64,000 nt of DNA from an uncultured delta proteobacterium (GTDB lineage Bacteria; Desulfobacterota; Binatia; DP-6): assembly GCA_963815115.1 (NCBI GenBank), contig CAWFFN010000009.1, positions 736,001-800,000 on the forward strand. Reading direction: 5' to 3'. The notes under the pieces are model-generated. The model saw nothing but the letters and a program-made list of their open reading frames with translations. It had not been told where the DNA came from and did not search any database. The position numbers and the translations under genes are program-made. Below are positions 57,300 through 64,000 of this stretch, piece by piece. Within the stretch, counting starts at the first letter, position 1. The number at the start of each line of letters is the position of its first letter.

Positions 57300-58436
57300 A
57301 TGGAGAAGGTCGCAATCCTCGGAGTCGGGATGATCCGGTTCGGGCTCTATCCCGACACTCACCACACGATCATGGCGCGCGACGCCGGCCTCGCGGCGCT
57401 CGACGACGCGGGCGTCGGGATGAAGGACATCGACGCCGTCTACGTCGGGCACCTCTTCATGCCGGCGATGGCCGGCGTGCGGGCGGTCAAGGAGATCGGC
57501 ATGACCGGCGTGCCCGTCCAGCGCGTCGAGAACGCGTCGGCCACCGGCACCGCCGCCATGCGCGAGGCCTACCTCGCGATCGCGGGCGGACACTACGACA
57601 CGGCGCTCGTGCTCGGCTTCGACAAGATGACCACCGTGATCGGCTCGGCGCCGAACCCGACCGACATGGACGAGGCCATCCTGCCCGCGGCGTTCTTCGC
57701 CATGTGGGCGACGCGCCGCATGTACGAGCGCGGCACCAAGCCCGAGCACCTGGCGGCGATCGCGGCCAAGAACTGGAACTACGGCGCGCAGAACCCGATG
57801 AGCCAGCGGCAGGCCCGGGAGCCCATCACGGTCGAGAAGGTGCTGGAGGCGCGCATGGTGTCGTGGCCGCTGACCGCCATGATGGCGTGCCCCATCGGCG
57901 ACGGCGCCGCGGCCGCGGTGCTCTGTCGCGCCGACCTGGCGAAGAAGTTCCAGCCCGATCGCCCGGTCGTGCGCATCGTCGCGTCGCACCTCGGGAGCGA
58001 GGTCTACGAGCGCGGGCATCTCTTCATGGGCCCCGTGGTCGGCCCCGCCCAGATGAGCCGCGTCGCCGCCAGGCACCTCTACGAGCAGGCCGGCTTCGGC
58101 CCGGAGAGCATCCAGCTCGTGCAGGTGCACGACGCCTTCGTCATCGAGGAGCTGGAGTACTACGAGCTCCTCGGCTTCTGCCGCGAGGGCGAGGCCGAGA
58201 AGTGCATCGAGGAGGGGCGCTTCGGTCCCGGCGGCGCAGTGCCGTTCTCGACCGACGGTGGGCTGACCGCCCGGGGGCACCCCGGCGGCCCGACCGGCCT
58301 CGCCCAGGTCTGGGAGACGACGCTCCAGCTGCGCGGCGAGGCCGGCAAGCGACAGGTGCCGAACGCCCGCGCCGGCCTCTGCCACATGATGGGTGGCGGC
58401 AGCGTGTGCGCCGCTCACATCCTCGTGCGGGAGTGA
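57300..58436 (+). CDS. SCP2/Ltp2-type thiolase-family protein
   Basis: VAI.GVGM..FG, DGAAA, VHDAF, GG....GHP...TG; VENASATG at the usual Cys position. Confidence 0.9.
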   Translation: MEKVAILGVGMIRFGLYPDTHHTIMARDAGLAALDDAGVGMKDIDAVYVGHLFMPAMAGVRAVKEIGMTGVPVQRVENASATGTAAMREAYLAIAGGHYDTALVLGFDKMTTVIGSAPNPTDMDEAILPAAFFAMWATRRMYERGTKPEHLAAIAAKNWNYGAQNPMSQRQAREPITVEKVLEARMVSWPLTAMMACPIGDGAAAAVLCRADLAKKFQPDRPVVRIVASHLGSEVYERGHLFMGPVVGPAQMSRVAARHLYEQAGFGPESIQLVQVHDAFVIEELEYYELLGFCREGEAEKCIEEGRFGPGGAVPFSTDGGLTARGHPGGPTGLAQVWETTLQLRGEAGKRQVPNARAGLCHMMGGGSVCAAHILVRE

Positions 58437-58448
58437 CGGGGGACCGCC

Positions 58449-59171
58449 CTACTGCAGGGCCGGCGGTGCCACCTTGGTGAACCCCGGCGGCACGACGAGC
58501 ACGTCCTGGGGGGGCGGAGCGGTGGTCACCTCGACCGCCTCGGTCGAGGTGCTGAACGTGCCCGGCCCGATGGTCGCGGTCATGGTGGTGCGAAGCGGAA
58601 CGCCCTTCGCATGTGCCAGCGCCTCGGCGAGCTGGCGGCCCGGTCCCTTCTCCGCCGTCGCCGATGCCGACAGCTCGCGCCACTTGCGGACGCCCTCGGG
58701 CAGCGCGAGCGCGTCCGTCGTCCACACCGAGCCGCGAAACGGGCCGCCGGCGAGCGCGTACTCGCTCGCCTCGTACCCGGCGATGGTCTCGCGCTTGCCC
58801 GTCGGCTGGAGCGTGACGGGCGCGCCGTTGCCGAGCATCTCGTCCATCATCCCGCGCTCCTGGCGTGGCATCTCCTGGAGCTTCTTCTGCATCGCGTCCG
58901 ATTGCTTCCGCATGTCGTCGAAGGTGAGGACGAAGTAGGTCTTCCTGGTCTTGTCGGCGAGGGTCATCGTCCTGGCGGTGACGTCGACGATGGTGCGCTG
59001 GTCCTTGCCGTCGATGACCAGCGTATCGCCGTGCGCGTACTGCGTCTCCTCGCGCGTATCGGCGTTCCGCCCCCCACCGGTGGTCGTGCGCTGGCGGATG
59101 GTCAGGTCTCCGGCCTGGGCGGCGACCGCAAGGAGCAGGGCCGGGACGACCAGCGCCGACGAGGCTCGCAT
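58449..59171 (-). CDS. Secreted DUF4412-like protein
   Basis: Signal peptide; TG..ETIAGY....Y, G.PL and VP.GF. Confidence 0.7.
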   Translation of the reverse strand: MRASSALVVPALLLAVAAQAGDLTIRQRTTTGGGRNADTREETQYAHGDTLVIDGKDQRTIVDVTARTMTLADKTRKTYFVLTFDDMRKQSDAMQKKLQEMPRQERGMMDEMLGNGAPVTLQPTGKRETIAGYEASEYALAGGPFRGSVWTTDALALPEGVRKWRELSASATAEKGPGRQLAEALAHAKGVPLRTTMTATIGPGTFSTSTEAVEVTTAPPPQDVLVVPPGFTKVAPPALQ

Positions 59172-59228
59172 GGCCGCCGCTTATGCGAGGGACCCGGCGC
59201 GATCAAGAGGGCAAATCGCTCGATCGGG

Positions 59229-59696
59229 TCACCCGACGAGGTCGGGACGGAACTCCGGGTGGCGCGCGAGCCAGGAGGCGGCGCCACGCATGGACTCCTC
59301 GTTCTTCTTGTTGATGAAACGATAGATCGGCCCCTCGAACCAGCGCAGCAGTGGGGTCGTCATGTGGAAGCGCTCGCGGAAGCGCAGGCGGGTGCGGCTC
59401 TGCCCCTGTGGCTCGAGTGCGACGGAGCCCGAGAGCCCCGACCGCAGCATGACGTAGTCGTAGCCCTCGCCCGGTCGCACGTTCTTCACCAGCTCGAACG
59501 ACTCGCCGCGGCGCCCGAACGGGAGAGGGTAGACCACCTTGCGCAGTAGCCCGTTGCCGTTGGCGTCGCCCGGCCACACGATCTCGACGTCGAGCACCGC
59601 GGGGGCGTATTCCTTCCACAGATCGTAGCGCTGGAAGAGCGCCCACAGGCGAGGAGCCGAGGCCGGGAGGTCGATGGTGAACTCGTGCTCGCGCAT
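59229..59696 (-). CDS. SRPBCC/polyketide cyclase family protein
   Basis: Size and pattern (I.L.A....LW......W; G.G..R) fit the START/SRPBCC fold. Confidence 0.65.
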   Translation of the reverse strand: MREHEFTIDLPASAPRLWALFQRYDLWKEYAPAVLDVEIVWPGDANGNGLLRKVVYPLPFGRRGESFELVKNVRPGEGYDYVMLRSGLSGSVALEPQGQSRTRLRFRERFHMTTPLLRWFEGPIYRFINKKNEESMRGAASWLARHPEFRPDLVG

Positions 59697-59706
59697 TGCG
59701 AAATCG

Positions 59707-59716
59707 GGTTATAACC
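59707..59716. promoter_or_regulatory. Palindromic bidirectional -10-like element
   Basis: GGTTATAACC centred in a 30-bp divergent gap; TATAAC lies 11 nt from each ATG. Confidence 0.5.
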
Positions 59717-59726
59717 AACACTGCTC

Positions 59727-60815
59727 ATGGGATACGAACCCGACACCGCAGACGTGGCGGAGGAGCTCCTCCACAACCTCCGCGGCCGCCTCGGGAGCGA
59801 TGCCGTCGACTACTCCGAGGCGCCCGAGCGCATCCACGGCGGATTCGACACGTTCATCTACGGCTTCAGCCTGCGCGGAGCCCCGCCGCGGTTCTCCGGC
59901 CGCCTCATCCTGCGCCTCTACCGGCCAGACACCAATCCGCGGCAGGCGTGCTTCGAGAGCACGATCCAGAACGTGCTCGCGGCAGCCGGCTATCCCTCCC
60001 CGCCCGTCCTCCTCGTCGGACGCGCAGGGGATGGGCTCGGGCTCCCGTTCGTCGTGATGCCGAGGGTACCGGGCCGGCTCATGCTCGATACTCTCTGGGG
60101 ACCGACCGCGCTCCGCATGAGCACGACCCTCGCCCGGGCCCAGATCGCCCTGCATGCCCTCGACCCGGGGCCGGTACGTCGTGCGCTCACCAGCGCCGGC
60201 TGGCCGGAGGATGCGCTGGCCGTCGAGAGGGAGCTGGCGGATGTCGAACGCGAGGTCGAGCGCGCCAGGCTCGACGGCCTGCGACCAGGCACCCGCTGGC
60301 TCGCCGGCAACCGGCCACGCTCCGCCGGCGACACCGTCGTCTGTCACGGGGACTTGCACCCGCTGAACGTGCTCGTCGATGGCGGGCGCATCAGTGGTGT
60401 CATCGACTGGTCGGAGCGGCGGCTCCGTCTCGGCGACCCGGCCTACGATGTCGGCGCGACGGTGGCGATCCTGTCGCACGGGCCCGTCGACGTTCCCGAT
60501 CTACTGGTCGGGCCGGTCACGCTCGGCCGACGTTGCTTCGTCGCCGCGTACCTCCGAGCCTACGCTCGTGACCGGCCGCTCGACCGCGAGCGGGTCCGCT
60601 ATTACGAGGCACTGCGCTGCCTCGTCTTCCTCGTCGAGGCGGGCGCCTCGCGCCAGGCGGCCGCCGGCGTCATTCCGCCGGTCTTCAAGCGGACCGCTTT
60701 CGGGGACGACCGGACGGTGCGCGGTGTGATCCGGCGCTTCCACGCCATCACCGGAACGGATCTCGGGATACCGCCGCCGGTTGAGGCCGCCGTGCAGGAA
60801 GGCAGGGAGCCATGA
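59727..60815 (+). CDS. Aminoglycoside phosphotransferase/choline kinase-like phosphotransferase
   Basis: CHGDLHPLNVL, VIDWS and GDP.YD. Confidence 0.88.
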   Translation: MGYEPDTADVAEELLHNLRGRLGSDAVDYSEAPERIHGGFDTFIYGFSLRGAPPRFSGRLILRLYRPDTNPRQACFESTIQNVLAAAGYPSPPVLLVGRAGDGLGLPFVVMPRVPGRLMLDTLWGPTALRMSTTLARAQIALHALDPGPVRRALTSAGWPEDALAVERELADVEREVERARLDGLRPGTRWLAGNRPRSAGDTVVCHGDLHPLNVLVDGGRISGVIDWSERRLRLGDPAYDVGATVAILSHGPVDVPDLLVGPVTLGRRCFVAAYLRAYARDRPLDRERVRYYEALRCLVFLVEAGASRQAAAGVIPPVFKRTAFGDDRTVRGVIRRFHAITGTDLGIPPPVEAAVQEGREP

Positions 60816-61132
60816 TCGACCGCGTGCAGCTGCTGAAGCTCCGGCCGGAGCACGCCACACCGGAGGGCCGCGCCGGCGTGGTCGAGCGTGCGCTGTCGGT
60901 CCTCCCCCGCGTACCGGGCGTGCTCGGCGTGACGGCGGGGGTGCCCGCCGACGCGGACGCCGGGAAGTCGTGGGACGTCCTCATCTCGCTGCGCTTCGCC
61001 ACCCTCGCCGACGTCGAGCCCTCCTCCGCGCACGCCGAGCACCGCCGCTTCGTGGACGAGTTCCTCGCGCCGCGGGTCGAGGTGAAGAAGGGTTGGAGCT
61101 TCGAGACCCGCGACGGCCCGCCGCGATCCTAG
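60812..61132 (+). CDS. Dabb (stress-responsive alpha/beta barrel) protein
   Basis: MI....LLKL, L..VPGV, WD......F and H.EH..F pattern. Confidence 0.7.
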   Translation: MIDRVQLLKLRPEHATPEGRAGVVERALSVLPRVPGVLGVTAGVPADADAGKSWDVLISLRFATLADVEPSSAHAEHRRFVDEFLAPRVEVKKGWSFETRDGPPRS

Positions 61133-61150
61133 GAGACGGGAGGAAGCGGC

Positions 61151-61864
61151 GTGGGCTTCGCCGGGGCCGGCATCCTCCTCGCAGCCGCGGTTGCATGCGG
61201 CGGCCCGGCGCGGGAGCGGGCGACTGCGGCGGCCGGCACCGGCAGCTCCGAGGTCGCGCGGACGCGCATGGTGCGGGAGCAGATCGCCGCTCGCGGCATC
61301 TCCGACCCCCGCGTGCTCGAGGCCATGCGCACCGTGCCCCGGCACGAGTTCGTCCCGGCCGCGTCGCGCGACCAGGCCTACGCCGACCGGCCGCTTCCCA
61401 TCGGGGAGGATCAGACCATCAGCCAGCCGTACATCGTGGCCCTGATGACGGAGCTGGCGGAGGTCCGGCCTGGCGATCGGGTGCTCGAGGTCGGTACCGG
61501 CTCGGGCTACCAGGCGGCGGTCCTGGTCGCGCTCGGGGCGAACGTCTACAGCGTCGAGATCGTCGAGCCGCTCGCGAGACGGGCGGCGGAGACCCTCCGG
61601 CGGCTCGGCTACGGTGTGCATCTCCGGCACGGCGACGGCTACCGCGGGTGGCCCGATGCGGCGCCTTTCGACGCCATCGTCGTCACCGCGGCGCCGCCCA
61701 GGGTGCCGCCTGCGCTCGTCGCGCAGCTTGCCCCGGGCGGACGCCTGGTCGTCCCCGTGGGCGACGACGAGCAGGAGCTGCAGGTGCTGGTACGCCGGCC
61801 GTCCGGCATCGAGACTCGTCACGTCGTGCCCGTGCGCTTCGTGCCGATGGTCGGCGGTCCCTGA
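61151..61864 (+). CDS. pcm: Protein-L-isoaspartate O-methyltransferase
   Basis: [41 protein letters not shown] and VRFVPM. Confidence 0.95.
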   Translation: MGFAGAGILLAAAVACGGPARERATAAAGTGSSEVARTRMVREQIAARGISDPRVLEAMRTVPRHEFVPAASRDQAYADRPLPIGEDQTISQPYIVALMTELAEVRPGDRVLEVGTGSGYQAAVLVALGANVYSVEIVEPLARRAAETLRRLGYGVHLRHGDGYRGWPDAAPFDAIVVTAAPPRVPPALVAQLAPGGRLVVPVGDDEQELQVLVRRPSGIETRHVVPVRFVPMVGGP

Positions 61865-61882
61865 TCTGCTACTCTCCCTCTC

Positions 61883-63121
61883 GTGGCTGCTCCGTCGAGC
61901 TGTCTGACGCATCTCGAGTGCACCGCCTGCGGGCGGCGCGAGAGCGCCGAGCAGCTCCAGACGACCTGTCCTGCGTGCGGCAAGGTGCTCTACGCCCGCT
62001 ACGACCTGGACGCCGTGCGCCGCGCGCTGCCGCGGGACGCGCTGCGCGATCGCGAGCCGTCGCTGTGGCGATACCGCGAGCTGCTGCCGGTTCGCGAGGC
62101 ACGCAACGTCGTCACCCTCGGCGAGGGGATGACGCCGCTGCTGCCGGCACCGCGTCTCGGCGCGGCGCTCGGCTGCCCGGCGCTGATGGTCAAGGACGAG
62201 GGTGTGAATCCCACCGGCTCGTTCAAGGCGCGCGGGCAGGCGGTCGCGGTGTCGCGCGCGCTGGAGCTGGGCGTGCGAACGCTGGCGATCCCGTCGGCGG
62301 GCAACGCCGGGGGCGCCATGGCGGCCTACGCTGCCCGCGCCGGCCTGCCGGCGCAGGTCTTCATGCCGCGTGACGTGCCGCCGGCCAACGCCGCCGAATG
62401 CGTTCTCTACGGTTCCCGTCTGCACCTGGTCGCTGGGCTGATCGGCGATTGCGGGCGTCTGGTGCGTCACGGCGTCGCGGCGCACGGCTGGTTCGATCTC
62501 TCGACGCTGCGCGAGCCCTACCGCCAGGAGGGCAAGAAGACCATGGGCTGCGAGCTCGCCGAGCAGCTCGGCTGGACGCTGCCCGATGCCGTCATCTACC
62601 CGACCGGTGGAGGCACCGGCATCGTGGGCATGTGGAAGGCGTTCGAGGAGATGCAGCAACTCGGCTGGATCGACGGCCGGCGCCCGAAGATGATCTCCGT
62701 CCAGGCCGAGGGCTGTGCCCCGATCGTGCGCGCCTTCGAGCGCGGGGAACGGCACGCGGAGCCGTGGCTGGACGCGCACACGGCTGCCAGCGGCCTGCGG
62801 GTGCCGGCGGCGCTCGGCGACTATCTGATGCTCGACGCCATCCGCGACAGCGGTGGCACCGCCGTGGCGGTTTCCGATGCCGCCATGATCGCGGACATGC
62901 GCGCCCTCGCCGTCGAGGAGGGCATCTCGGCGGCGCCGGAAGGTGCGGCCACGCTGGCAGCCCTGCGCGTGCTGCTCGCCCGGGGCGTGCTCCGGCGCGA
63001 CGAGCGCATCGTGCTCTTCAACACCGGGGCGGCGTGGAAGTACGTCGAGCTGATGCCGATGCCGGAGCTGCCGGTGCTCGATCCGGACGATCCGCGCGCA
63101 CTGGAAGCCGTCGGCGCGTAG
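61883..63121 (+). CDS. thrC: Threonine synthase
   Basis: N-terminal Zn ribbon; LGEG.TPL, NPTGSFK.RG, SAGNAG, EGKKTMG, YPTGGGTG and FNTG. Confidence 0.9.
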   Translation: MAAPSSCLTHLECTACGRRESAEQLQTTCPACGKVLYARYDLDAVRRALPRDALRDREPSLWRYRELLPVREARNVVTLGEGMTPLLPAPRLGAALGCPALMVKDEGVNPTGSFKARGQAVAVSRALELGVRTLAIPSAGNAGGAMAAYAARAGLPAQVFMPRDVPPANAAECVLYGSRLHLVAGLIGDCGRLVRHGVAAHGWFDLSTLREPYRQEGKKTMGCELAEQLGWTLPDAVIYPTGGGTGIVGMWKAFEEMQQLGWIDGRRPKMISVQAEGCAPIVRAFERGERHAEPWLDAHTAASGLRVPAALGDYLMLDAIRDSGGTAVAVSDAAMIADMRALAVEEGISAAPEGAATLAALRVLLARGVLRRDERIVLFNTGAAWKYVELMPMPELPVLDPDDPRALEAVGA

Positions 63122-63131
63122 AGCGATCGCC

Positions 63132-63162
63132 AAAAAAAAGCGGCGGCCGGATGGCCGCCGCT
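63132..63162 (-). terminator. Rho-independent terminator for the minus-strand gene
   Basis: GCGGCGGCC-GGAT-GGCCGCCGC stem with an adjacent A8 tract (U8 on the minus strand) between convergent genes. Confidence 0.8.
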
Positions 63163-63180
63163 CGTCGGATGAAGTCGCAT

Positions 63181-63214
63181 GTTCCGGGCGGAGGGTGATC
63201 CCTCCGCCCGGAAC
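63181..63214. repeat. Perfect 15-bp inverted repeat hairpin
   Basis: GTTCCGGGCGGAGGG-TGAT-CCCTCCGCCCGGAAC. Confidence 0.75.
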
Positions 63215-63220
63215 GCGTGG

Positions 63221-64000
63221 TCACGGGGTGATGGTCGCCGGCACGCAGATCTCGTCGAGCTGCGTGGCCTGCGGCGTCGTGCTCCCGAACTGGGTGTTGG
63301 TCCCGAACTGGTTGTTCAGGAAGAGCTTGAACGTGGGGAAGGGCGGCGTGGGCCGCGCGAAGAAGCACATCAGACCCGACGGGTTGCCTACGGCCGAGGG
63401 GTCCTCGTTGTTCTTGCTCGCCGGTGCGCAGATGGTCCACTTGCCGGGCTTGGTGAAGCCGGGGACGGTGATCGGGCCGGGCGGCTTGAGCAGCGGGCTG
63501 AACTGGTCCGCGTAGGTGAGCGGCGTGTTGTTGAGATTCGGTCCCGTGATGTTGTCGATGTCGCGGCACAGGAAGTGGCGCACGGCGTTCAGCGGCGGAG
63601 GGCTTGCCGGCCCCGGAGGCGTGAGACTCTTATTGGTCGGCACGAGCAGCCGGTGCGGTCCCTTCACGTCGAAGGTGAAGGTGCCGAACAGCGTGGCGGC
63701 CGTCACCCCGGTGTCCACCACAGAATTGCCCACCGAGGAGAATTCGTAGGCGGCGAGGTGGATGCCGTTGACGATGCCCGGGAGCGCCGGATCGGGCGGG
63801 ATGACGAAGGGGGCACAGAGGCGATGCATCTCCGTGAGGGTGAGCGAATTGGTACTGAATACGTCCTGGACGCTGACGTTAGGGATCTTCGGCTTCAGCA
63901 TGCCTTTCGTCACCTGATAGCAAGCGTACTTGTCGGGCGGGGTCACCGGGACCGAGCCCGTCTGGAAGCCACCGGACAGCAGCACGCCGTTGTCGCACCT
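63221..64000 (-). CDS. C-terminal part of a probable secreted Cys-containing repeat protein (5' end outside the window)
   Basis: Frame open to the window end; repeated D.Y.CY/HF.C ... D.F ... C.P..K pattern. Confidence 0.75.
   Translation of the reverse strand, partial: RCDNGVLLSGGFQTGSVPVTPPDKYACYQVTKGMLKPKIPNVSVQDVFSTNSLTLTEMHRLCAPFVIPPDPALPGIVNGIHLAAYEFSSVGNSVVDTGVTAATLFGTFTFDVKGPHRLLVPTNKSLTPPGPASPPPLNAVRHFLCRDIDNITGPNLNNTPLTYADQFSPLLKPPGPITVPGFTKPGKWTICAPASKNNEDPSAVGNPSGLMCFFARPTPPFPTFKLFLNNQFGTNTQFGSTTPQATQLDEICVPATITP

Overview
High-GC bacterial chromosomal segment with about 60 genes. I found no rRNA, tRNA, CRISPR array, transposase, integrase or phage genes. The content (DUF1329, Cys-rich secreted proteins, many lipid-catabolic enzymes, alpha2-type glycyl-tRNA synthetase) suggests an uncultured Deltaproteobacteria-like soil organism, possibly Candidatus Binatia; this is inference only. 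Housekeeping genes are prfB (intact programmed +1 frameshift), pyrE, glyQS, pcm and thrC. Notable items: (1) a SigK-like ECF sigma/zinc anti-sigma pair with two identical back-to-back promoter motifs (GTGATCCG-N14-CCGTACG), one facing the sigma gene and one facing a DUF1329 gene and a Cys-rich secreted protein; (2) a translationally coupled luxE-like/luxC-like/class III aminotransferase operon with no luciferase, possibly an acyl-to-aldehyde-to-amine pathway; (3) a heavily deleted sulfatase-type island (FGE, DUF3300, DUF2950, remnants of moxR/DUF58/batA/batD and probably an arylsulfatase); (4) a ~61-aa gene behind a consensus sigma-54 promoter and a 22-bp inverted repeat; (5) an MMPL/RND transporter fused to a cNMP-binding domain; (6) a truncated fadL abutting a signal-less CocE/NonD hydrolase. 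Five apparent single-base frameshifts suggest long-read indel errors or local pseudogenisation. All family calls come from motif recognition by eye, with no database searches.
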